NCBI GenBank assembly: GCA_024704765.1
Contig: JAKMXF010000343.1
Coordinates: 973,095 to 1,037,094, forward strand
Source of the DNA: Oopsacas minuta
Taxonomy: Eukaryota; Animalia; Porifera
Direction of reading: 5' to 3'
Length of the DNA: 64,000 nucleotides
In this document: positions 51,481 through 61,377 of the stretch, piece by piece
How positions within the stretch are numbered: the first letter of the stretch is position 1
How the letters are laid out: each line of letters starts with the position of its first letter
Notes under the pieces: model-generated
Databases searched by the model: none
Seen by the model: the letters and a program-made list of their open reading frames with translations, nothing else
What the model was told of the DNA's origin: nothing
Position numbers and translations under genes: made by a program

Positions 51481-51686
51481 CTTGAATCAGAACTTGATTA
51501 TTATTTTGATTAAACATCCAGGTGTACTTTCAAAGATGAATTGTATCAAGCGACATTAACAACTGCTTTTTCATGATCTCATGGCATATTGTGTATGTAT
51601 ATTTAGAATTAAGCATAATACACCATACATTAATTTATCGAATCAATTGATGCATAATTACATATAATAGTAGAATGAATCTAGAT

Positions 51687-51750
51687 CAGTGTTTCATTAA
51701 CTGGGGTCACGCAACAACTTCTAGGGGTTCGCAAATGTACTTCTAGAAAC
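51687..51750 (+). repeat. Orphan Buster/Charlie-type left TIR
   Basis: CAGTGTTTCATTAACTGGGGTCACG preceded by ATCTAGAT (NNNTANNN target). No right end was found. Confidence 0.4.
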
Positions 51751-51779
51751 TCTATTTGTATTCAGTGAATTGGTTGTCC

Positions 51780-53833
51780 AGAATAGTTGACTAGTTGATC
51801 TTATGGTTAGTTGGGAATAGGTTTACTTGAAAAGTTGAGAGTAAGGGTAGTAGACCAGTTTATTGAGGTTGTTTTTAAAATGTCTGTGTAAATGTTACTA
51901 TCTGTTCTCGCATATGGTAGAGTACCTGCGACACCTCGAATTGCACTAGCAAGTCTTGGCCCGCAGCTGTCTTAAAATTGTCATGTTACGTACGATCTAC
52001 CCCTTCCTGTGTGCTAGTAGACATCAGTAAGGACAACTCTCTTTCAGGGACATGGTCAGGGTGTTAGTGTAGGTGAATGCTGTTCTGATTGCCATAAGTT
52101 CAGTCCTTTTCTGAAAAGCCTCCATCCGTGGAAACGTTCCGTAACGATGCCAAGACTGGTGAGACTAATGCTAGCACTGTCAACTGCCCTTGCTTTCTGA
52201 GTGCTCTCCAGCCTCCTTGACGGAAATTCTCAGTATTTCGCGATTTCTTGCAGTACTCATTGCGCGCACAGAAGTATTGTACTCGAGTCTGGCTGTACGC
52301 ATCTAGTCAGTCCAAGCAGTCAGCATTCAATGGATACGGTTTACAATGGCTGCAACTCACAGTGCAGTTGCTATCATCTATTACACAGACTGAACAGAGA
52401 GGGAGGTCAGTGAAGTAGGCGTCAGATGCATAGGGAATAGGATACGCTGGTGGTAGAGGTGAGTGGGATGGATCAGAGGGGATCGGCTCGGACTGGCCTG
52501 AGATAATGTGAATATAAAGTGTAACTTGTGTTCAGATCAGCAGGGGTGCAGTAAGGTTGTAGGAATCGTCATCAAGATCGTCGGCAAACACATATGAAGT
52601 AGGCCTTAGGGTCGTCAGGAGATCGTCAGCGGCCGTATCAGTGTCGTCTGCTGATGTGTCCTACTGCTCCTGGGGGAGGGAGTGAAAGATAGGTAGGTAC
52701 TGATATCGTGGGGAGAGCAAGTCTGTGGTAGAGCAGTATCAGCGAGTGTGGCGCTCACTGCAATATCTATTTCATCAGTATGTTCTTGTAGGGAAAGAGA
52801 GGTTAATAAAATAGGCTGGATGGTGGTGGTGTATGCGGAGTATGAGCATACTCGGTAATCTGTCTGATGGCTAGCGCCTGTTCCAGCTGGTCCTCATTAT
52901 CAAGGGTGTGAAGTACCTCGCATGGCAGTAGCATATCCACATTGAGATCAGGTGGCGTTCTCCCAGTATACAGAGAAGGGTGGCGCCTTAATACCGGAGC
53001 GGTATGCGTTATTCTTACTATACTGAACAAATTGTAACACACTTGCCTATTCATTCGTCACTCTACCCGAACCCATTAGACGGGCGTTTAATTGCTTCAT
53101 TAAATCACCATTAGCTCGTTCCACACTTCCCTGCATGTGAGTTTAAGAGTCTGTGCATGGAAGTGAATAGATGCTTGTTAACGAACTCTCTGACATTTTT
53201 CGTGTGCAAGATGTGTGGAAGGACATGCACACAGAAGATCTGCACTAGATGTTCAACCACCTCTACCGCTCGTTTGAACTTGAGAGCTCTCAGGAAGACA
53301 AACTTGCCGAAGCAGCCCTGATAGTTGACGATGTGCTGATAGTCCTTGTTTTGGCATGTCTGCAAATCCACAAAGTCAGCCTGTCCAAGCAGCCCAACAT
53401 TCTCGGGTATGATGGGTCTGTGGATGACTTTCAGTGTAGATTTCCTACCTCTGTTGTCTTGGCAAATGGCGCAGAGGCGTACGAAGAGGACAATTAAGGC
53501 ACTAAGCACGTGATAGTTGTCGCGAATGAAATATTCGTACATCTTGTCACGTCTCCCATGACTGAGCTCGTGATGTGCGGCCACTAACGTATCCCATAGG
53601 TCTTCCTTAGCCACTTCATGTAACGTCCCTTATTCGCACCTGGTCAAGTACCCTTATAATCAACTGGTCAACTAACCATATAATCAACTGGTCAACTAAC
53701 CTTATAATCAACTGTTTACTAAGCTTATAATCAACTGGTCAACTAACCATATAATTAACTGTCCACAAACCTTATAATCAACTGGTCAACTACCCTTACA
53801 TATATATTTGTATAGGTTAATTACTTGTTAACA
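51780..53833 (-). mobile_element. Ginger2/KRBA2-like integrase-type DNA transposon relic
   Basis: ORF 53111-53614 has an H-H-C-C integrase finger, GQADFVD, YQGCFGKFVFLRALK and a degenerate ILxSDNGREF; QGSVERAN follows after a frameshift. Terminus ...TGTTAACA at 53833. Subterminal repeats are present in inverted form at 51785-51870. Confidence 0.72.
53653..53794 (+). repeat. Subterminal minisatellite, 6 x 23-24 bp (CTTATAATCAACTGGTCAACTAAC)
   Basis: Six contiguous units, read directly. Confidence 0.9.
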
Positions 53834-55097
53834 GTGTAAATGTATTATACAAGTCCTTTTAGTCAACACAAAATCATAATATGTTAGAAAATCTTAGAAA
53901 ATAACGTGTAGATTCAAAAATATCAAACATTTTTCAATTCATTTACTTATAAAACGGAAAATAAGGGTGGCTCTAGCCCCTGGCACCCCTTGGATCCGTC
54001 ATTGGTACAGGTATGGAAGTCAATTGACAGTACAAAGGTTCTTACTAGTTATAGATTGCCGTCTTCGGGCTTCATCCCTAGATCCCACTGGGAGTTGAAC
54101 CCCCAAATGGATGGTTATCCCCTCAAGAAATTCTTGGCTCCTCCACTGGCCAGCAACCTTCGGATACCCACCGTTTCGAGGCTTGTCCATCTGGGTGCTC
54201 TTATTAGTCAGGGTGAACAAGGTTAATAATGGCCCTAATATCAATTTCAAATCACAAATTAGTAGCCATTTATTGTTCAAATGAATAAGTCACGGTACGA
54301 TGCCAGTGTATTCAAATTATGATGAGGGTTCCATCAATAAATTGTCCTTGGACCCGACATTTCCCTAAATTCGGCAAAGGGAGACAGGGACGCCCACATG
54401 TTAAAGAATGATGTACGCACAATACCTAATTGAATCACAAACGTTGGCCACAGGACAGAGAATACATCACTCTATATGGCTACATTTATCTCAGTGTCAG
54501 TGAAGATTAAGTTACGATAGAAACATTTGACAAAATTGCATAATGAAGATGACGATTCATATCCCATATAAGTATGCTATCATACATGGCTACAAACCAC
54601 AGACTTAAACTAAATTAATCTCTTATTCAAAAGCAACAATATTTTTAATTTGAAAAGAGGAATCATATCTCTCTAATATGTCGTTCCAGGTATTTGAACA
54701 TCTTTATGGACCTGCTTAATCTTTTGCAAAAAAAGATTTGTTATTTAAAAATTAGACTAAATATTTATTCTATAACATGCAATATAATATACTGTAGAAC
54801 TCGGATAAGAATTACTAGTCTCAAATAACCGAAATTTCTGCTATCTAATCCGTTAGAAATAATTCGGTAATTACGTACTCGGATAATTGGAGAAGATGTA
54901 CTAAAATTCTTCCCAAAGAAATAATGTATTGAATCCTGAGCACCACATTAGCTAAGGAACTGAGGAACTATGATACCTATTTTTCGTGACATCGAAGTTG
55001 CTGCTCAGCCTCGAATAAATGGAGATTTATTAGGTCAAAGAGAAAGCAGAATATGTTGTAGTAACAATCTATTCATCCATCAAATGTTCCTATAGAG

Positions 55098-57333
55098 CAG
55101 TGGTTGCCAACCTGAGGTACGCGAGTCATTTTGTTAAGTGTACGCGAACTGCTTAATCGAGGTATTATCGATTATTGGTAACTATAATTTGTAGATTCAA
55201 GTTGACGAATAATAATAATGTTGGCGTAAAAACTTCCTGTGATACAATGTCTACTTACGTATGTATTCATTAGTTTAGTGTTTTATACAAACATCATATT
55301 TCAGTGATGAATATAAATAGATAGTCTATACTTTGTTATTACATACATTCTTGCTCATAAATTCTTATTACGTACATTCTTATTCTTCAATATCGTACCC
55401 TTATTCTTAATGACACCTAGAAAGAAAGACGAATGTATTCCGACGAATATATTAAACGTGGTTTTACTTCAAACAATATCAATAACATTGAGTGTCCACA
55501 GTGCGTTATCTGCTTTAAAACACTTTCTGCTGACAGCGTGAAACCAAGCCTTTTGAATAGACATTTAGAAACATGTCATCCTGAACTTAAAGGGAAGATC
55601 CCTCGTACTTTCGACGAAAAGAAAGTGGTGTAAAGAAAGTTTAGATACCCCTGGGAAGTTTAATCAGCTTTCAGTTTCAGCTTCAGGAATTGAAGTGTCT
55701 TACGTTATTTCCTTGAAAATAGCTCAACAAAAGAAACCACAAACAATTGGAAATTTTTGGTCCTTCCTTGTCTCAAAGAAGTAGTTAGTTTAATGTTAGG
55801 TAAAGATAACGTTAAGAAATTAGCACCATTATCCATTTCCAATAACACCGTTCACTGTCGTATCGTAGATATGTCAGAAGATGTCAAGTTACAAGTTGTA
55901 TCCGAGATGAAAACAGCACCGTTGGGTTTATTCAGCATCCAGTTAGATGAGTTGACAGATGTAGCTTCTTGTGCTGAGTTAATTTGCTTCACCAGATATA
56001 TTGATGATGGCGATTTCAAAGATGACTTTAAATTTTGTCTACCATTAGAAACAACACCAAGAGGGAATTGACGTATTTGAAAAAGTTAAAGAATTCATTA
56101 TTGATAACTGTTCGATCTGGCAGAACCTATGTGGTGTGCGTACTGATGGAGCTCCAGCAATGTTAGGACGTTATTCAGGATTTCAAGCCAGAGTTAGAAC
56201 TCAAGTTTCAGATGTTTTGTCACTTCATTGCATGATACATAGATATGCTCTTGCTGCTAAAACACTCTCACCTTTGCTTTTGGATGTTATGTCTGGGGTT
56301 GTCAAAGTGGTAAAATACATTAAGCGTAGTTCTTTGAATACACGTCTATTTCGAGAGTTTGTAAAGATCTCGATGCGAGTTCAGAAATCCTTCTATTTCA
56401 CACGAAAGTGCACTGGCTATCCAGAGGTAATGTTGTTAAGCGAGTGTTTGAAGTACGAGCCTAAATTCAAGAGTTTTTTCGCAAAAGAATCAACAAGACT
56501 TAATGTTGCATTTTAACATTGACGAGCTGAGCCTAAACTTGCCTACCTCGTTGATATTTGTTCTCAACTGAATAGACTAAATTTATCCATGCAAGGAAGA
56601 GAAAACACAATACTTGACTTTGTGGGTAAGGTCAATGCATTTATAATGAAATTAGATCTGTGGAGTGGTAATTTAGCAAAGGAAAATTGGACCAGTTTCA
56701 TACTTTGAATGCGCTCACTACTGAGAATAAGGCAGTTTTAGATGTTGAAACGAAAGAGGTAATCTTGGAGCACTTGAGAGCACTACTTAAAGAATTTTTA
56801 TCACTTTTGAAGATGTGAATAACAGAGACTTCAAATTTGTCAGAAATCCTTTCAAAGTTGATATTAATTCAATCCCAGAAGCCGAACTGAAAGAATTCAT
56901 TGAAATGATAATGATAGCAATGCAAAAGAATTGTTCACTGAAGTTCATCAAATTAGTTTTTGGCGTAAGATGGTCAATGCGTACCCCAAAGTATCTAAAC
57001 TGCCAATTAGACTGCTAATCCCATTTCCTTCCACGTACTTGTGTGAATCCGGTTTTTCGACACTATTTCAAATAAAAATCAAACACAGGAATCGATTTTC
57101 TGTTCAGGACGGCATGCGATGTGCAACTGCAAATACCTCGCCAGACATTAAGAAGCTAGCTGCATTGAAGCAATCACAATCATCTCATTGAGAAACATAA
57201 TGTATTATAATATAATTCTTTCTAGTAAAATAAACATTAATATAATAAATTCAGCTATACTTTTTCACAGGGGTACACGGGAATTCTCCTATCGCGAAGG
57301 GGTACGTGAGTTAGGAAAGGTTGGGAACCACTG
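55098..57333 (+). mobile_element. Full-length degenerate Buster-group hAT transposon, 2236 bp
   Basis: TIR CAGTGGTT(G/C)CCAACCT. Perfect 8-bp TSD CTATAGAG (55090-97, 57334-41). Frameshifted ZBED5/8-like transposase: PQCVICFKTLS, FSIQLDELTD, TDGAPAMLG, HCMIHRYAL, PFPSTYLCESGFS. Confidence 0.95.
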
Positions 57334-57592
57334 CTATAGAGAGAGAAATAAGGCTTAATGGTATTTGGATAATATATATCAAATACTAGTTGTAGCTGTG
57401 GTCTGCAATTCGGGGTTAATTTCCCCATCGAGGGTAATTTCAGGTTTACTGGCGGTAACGAGAGCTATCTGGAATAACTTAGTATTTTTATAACTTTGTG
57501 CCTAGAAACCAGTACAACCAATCATATTGATTGTATAAAATATTAATAATGATTATGTGATAGTGCTCGGTGGCAATAAGAGCCACATAATG

Positions 57593-57628
57593 CACAGTGT
57601 GGCAAAATGGCCATAATGGGGAAATAGG
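57593..57628 (+). repeat. Transib/RAG1-like TIR at the 3' end of the transposase (long form)
   Basis: CACAGTG-TGGCAAAATGGCCATA-ATGGGGAAATAGG. Confidence 0.9.
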
Positions 57629-57898
57629 TAAATGAATCTGTATTATCGCCACAATTATACTTACATATACTAAATCGACACTGTAGATTTCAAAAATACC
57701 AATGATTATTTAGTAGCACGACTATAAACCTAGTTATGACGTAATTACTGACATTTTCTAATTTTTAACACTTGTGGTTCATTAGTGAGGATATTATGAA
57801 AGTTGACAATACATGCATGTCATGGTCTCTATTCTGCTATTTGATAACGTACAATTTAAAGACCCTTAATTATGTATGACTATTGGATATACTTATTA

Positions 57899-60031
57899 TC
57901 ATAAATCATCTGATAGTATACTATTATATAATATCTCTTGGAGGCTATTTGCAACGTCTCTTTTCTTCTTTGCGTGCATCAAACGATTCTGTACTAAGAT
58001 GGGGTCACTACAACATAACAACCTGACTAAAATATCTCTAACATTATCAGTGAAAGAAGTTTTTCTTGCAAGATTCTCCCGATACCGCCTTACAAATTTA
58101 TTGCAGGATTCTAAACATTCCTCAGAGAGATTCTGTAATCCCTTACCATTATTATAAGCACCTATTAACTGAAACGAATGGGCAAGTAACTTGTGCAAAG
58201 ATGGAGTGATGCTTGCCCATGGGTACTCAATTAGAATAAATTCGTACGTTTCTTTGCACAATTCTTGCATTTTGTCACAGTTAATCAAGTCACCACTGTT
58301 GAGGAGTCTTAACAAAACAGATAGATTTGTCTGGATCTTCTCTAATGATATTTTATCTGAAGGATTAATGGAAGAAGTGGCCCACGTCAAAAAGTCTCTC
58401 TTATTTAAAAAGCAGTCTCGCGCAATGTTACCAGTGGTTGAAGTGCCGCCCTGGCTTGAAGGGATATCGACACTGAAATTACATCTTTCCTGGAGTATAG
58501 CTCGAACCCGTTTCATGGAAAAATTTACTTTCGAGTTTGATGGCGCCCATACCTTGTGTCCTGCATCAAGATGGTATATCAACAGCATGAACCACCTGAA
58601 TACACAAAGGTAAGCATGCAAAGGAGATGCAGCTATAATATCGATGTTAGAAGTTGGTTGATGCGTAATACCAACACGTTGATTTGATGGGAGTTTCAAG
58701 TAATCTTCTTCATCAACCTCTTCAAAAAGTTGCCGAGCGTCGCTAATTAGTCTGTTAATAGGGAAACCAGAATGGGCCCATTCTAAACTTTTAATTTGGC
58801 TATCCGTTGCAGTACACAGATGACAAGAAGCCCCACCAGCTCCATCCAGCAATCCTGCCATCTTGGTATCAAAAAGGGAACGGACTATCTCGACCTGTGC
58901 ATGGCCTCCAATAAGAGATAACCCATCCTGTATGATATGGTCTGTTTGAGGATTGACTATTGTATTCATGATAAGCTTTACACTAGAATAATCTTCTTTC
59001 AGAGCTATCAGTGCTACTGGCCTAAAGCAGAACGGAGAGTTGGGTGAGCTGTTATAGAACACGTCATTTCCAAGTGTGTCTGTAATTGATATTACTTTGA
59101 ATCCGAACAAAATGAAAGTTTTTGTGCTTAATGCAGAATTGTTGCTTTGTTGGTTATAGGTTTGATGACAACCGGAGCCATCCAATCCATCAGATATCTT
59201 AATTTTGAGTGGGTAGTGTGAATCAGGAACTGGGTCTAATGTTGAAAGCAAGCGTTGAATGGTCAGACTAAGGATGGAATGATAAGAGACGCAAGTCCCA
59301 ATTGACAATGCTTCGGGGTCTCTGACTATTTCCATTTCATTTATTAGGCTTATTTCCCTACGATATTGCGAGACAAGTTTATAGGAAGGAAGCTTAACAT
59401 CACCTTTGAGAATTCTTTTCAGATTCGTGTATTTACTCGCCCCAATTTCTAATCTGTCCAATATATAAGCACATTTAGAGATTTGTACTTTGTTCAATAC
59501 ACCGCTAAAAGATCCCTTATCAATTATTTCTCTGCACATGTCTGAAGTATCACGGTCATAGGATTTATTTGAGACTAATTCTAAAGCTAGAGCGAGTAGT
59601 TGTTTAGGCTCAATCTTTTCTCTCTCTGCTAAAAAGTCCACATGCTCTAAAAGAACACCAAGTCTCGATCTGGAAGTCTTCATGTGACATTCGAGAATAT
59701 GCTTCCGGGATTCAGTTACAATCTGTTCTGAAAAGTTTCGATTTTCAGAATCAGTGACTAAAGAAAATTCAGGATCAAGCGATATTCTCTTTCTTGGATT
59801 GGATATTGTTAGATGAGTAGAGTGGAAAATCATATTATCCCATGTTTCAAGATCCTTCCTGCGGTAAGCCTCTCTGGATGTTAGAAGTGATTTAAATTTT
59901 AAATGAAGAGTAGCAGTTTCTTCTTCGGATAAATGGTTGTTCTCAATAAGTTTCCTAACAGAGACTGTAACACTTCTTCCATTCGAAATATACAAACTAT
60001 ATGCCTCATTGTTGGTGATTAGTACAGACAT
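57899..60031 (-). CDS. RAG1-like/Transib DDE transposase, 710 aa from the first ATG
   Basis: SDGLDGSG (D284), FDTKM (D388), CHLC plus HKLLAH zinc ligands, PLHAY, GTSTTGNIAR, SEECLESCNK (E641), RLLCCSDP, and an NBD-like segment near residues 109-170. The track start at 60040 is a TTG. Confidence 0.93.
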   Translation of the reverse strand: MSVLITNNEAYSLYISNGRSVTVSVRKLIENNHLSEEETATLHLKFKSLLTSREAYRRKDLETWDNMIFHSTHLTISNPRKRISLDPEFSLVTDSENRNFSEQIVTESRKHILECHMKTSRSRLGVLLEHVDFLAEREKIEPKQLLALALELVSNKSYDRDTSDMCREIIDKGSFSGVLNKVQISKCAYILDRLEIGASKYTNLKRILKGDVKLPSYKLVSQYRREISLINEMEIVRDPEALSIGTCVSYHSILSLTIQRLLSTLDPVPDSHYPLKIKISDGLDGSGCHQTYNQQSNNSALSTKTFILFGFKVISITDTLGNDVFYNSSPNSPFCFRPVALIALKEDYSSVKLIMNTIVNPQTDHIIQDGLSLIGGHAQVEIVRSLFDTKMAGLLDGAGGASCHLCTATDSQIKSLEWAHSGFPINRLISDARQLFEEVDEEDYLKLPSNQRVGITHQPTSNIDIIAASPLHAYLCVFRWFMLLIYHLDAGHKVWAPSNSKVNFSMKRVRAILQERCNFSVDIPSSQGGTSTTGNIARDCFLNKRDFLTWATSSINPSDKISLEKIQTNLSVLLRLLNSGDLINCDKMQELCKETYEFILIEYPWASITPSLHKLLAHSFQLIGAYNNGKGLQNLSEECLESCNKFVRRYRENLARKTSFTDNVRDILVRLLCCSDPILVQNRLMHAKKKRDVANSLQEILYNSILSDDL

Positions 60032-60677
60032 GATCCGCAAAAGGGCTACTTTAACATAGAAACATTATGATATATGATTGTAGAGTATTGGAATAACTAA
60101 TAACCAGCAAAATATAGAATTTTACTGAAAAAATTTAAAACGTATGAAAAATATATTTTTCGGATTTTTGTCCGGTCCGGACAATGAATGACGTGATAAA
60201 TTTTTGGGCAGCTTTTGGCAAGCCTGGAAAGTGATTAAATAGTTGACTAAATATAGTAACATTACTTATATATTAATAACGTTTTGTCAAATTTTGTCAA
60301 ACAAGAGATGCTACACTTCAATCAATGAGAAAAAATTCCAAATTATAACTTTGGGAGGGCCAAACTAGACACCCGGAAAAAAGTACAAATGAATATCTAG
60401 ACTAACCTATCAATGATTAAATTGTTGTTACAATATAGATTTATTATCAGAAGATGTTTTTCACTCTTATATTTAATATTTACATCAAATATGATTACAT
60501 ACATTAGGGCATAGGAATTTGAGGTTTGAAAATATATATTTCTATTATTAGAAACACATAACAAAGTTGTGCGTAGTTAGGATTCCTAACTGCTTCTAAT
60601 GCTGCCAATGATATTTTCGTACTAATTGAACAATGGAGAATTCGAAAAATGCATTGAAATATGTTTTTTAAAATATG

Positions 60678-60704
60678 CCTATTTCCCCATATTGCCACAC
60701 TGTG
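60678..60704 (-). repeat. Transib/RAG1-like TIR at the 5' end of the transposase (short form)
   Basis: The minus strand reads CACAGTG-TGGCAAT-ATGGGGAAATAGG. Confidence 0.9.
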
Positions 60705-60921
60705 TAATGCCTGTGAACACCAATTTGTCACAGTGTGTATTTTAGTAAACCATAAATGAAAGTCATGAAACTTTGACAATATTGCTAATAGGCGAATCGC
60801 TAATGCACGAACACCAGAGTAGTTCCTGAGGTCGGAGCTACGGTGATGTTGTGAGCTCTGAATTAGGGTATTCATCAAGGGTAATTGCCAACCACTGAGT
60901 TATAATATTGATGTTGTAGGG

Positions 60922-61377
60922 CAGGCATGTACAACCCCGGCCCGCAAAGACATTTCATCCGGCCCGCATAGGACAAAACTTATAGAATATATAATCGCCC
61001 ATATCCTTATTTTATTAACCCATAATTGATATTTTCAATTTCTATATTAGATATTTTGGATATTTAATCAATTTCCTGAATACCCATAATACATGACTGA
61101 TATGACTGCTAAGCGAAGAAAAATTGACTTTGAATGTCATGCATTCAATGATAAATGGACTGAAGAATATTTTTTTATTTTTCAAGAAGACAGACCCATT
61201 TGTCTTATTTGTTCTCAATCAGTAGCTGTAATCAAGGAACACAACATTAAGCGCACTATATGCTTAAACATGCTGATAAATATATAGTTATTACTGTGAA
61301 TAAAAATTAACAGCCGGCCCACAACATAGTTTGAATACCGTATTATGCCCACTTCTCGAAAAGGTTGTACATGCCTG
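60922..61377 (+). mobile_element. Internally deleted Buster-group (GTF2IRD2/EPM2AIP1-like) hAT derivative, 456 bp
   Basis: 15-bp TIR CAGGCATGTACAACC. Perfect 8-bp TSD TTGTAGGG (60914-21, 61378-85). GGCCCGC subterminal motifs. Residual N-terminus KRRKID.ECHAFNDKWTEEYFF...PICLICSQ. Confidence 0.92.

Larger units (their letters stand above)
57593..60704 (-). mobile_element. Complete Transib/RAG1-like transposon, 3112 bp
   Basis: Both ends begin CACAGTGTGGCAA. Perfect 5-bp TSD TAATG at 57588-57592 and 60705-60709. Single intact transposase ORF. Confidence 0.95.

Noticed and set aside
53653-53794. Direct repeat array as CRISPR
   Set aside because: Units are contiguous with no unique spacers, there are no cas genes, and the context is a eukaryotic transposon end.
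60661-60672. A-tract (TTTTAAAAAACAT on minus) as an RSS nonamer about 28 bp from the heptamer
   Set aside because: Weak match to ACAAAAACC in very AT-rich DNA, with no counterpart at the other TIR.
60729-60735. Third CACAGTG 25 bp outside the element
   Set aside because: It lacks the TGGCAA and ATGGGGAAATAGG blocks and has no TSD partner. Probably chance.
60504-60878. 124-aa ORF next to the RAG1-like gene as a possible RAG2-like partner
   Set aside because: It crosses the TIR/TSD boundary, has the same orientation as the transposase, and shows no kelch or PHD features. It is too short.
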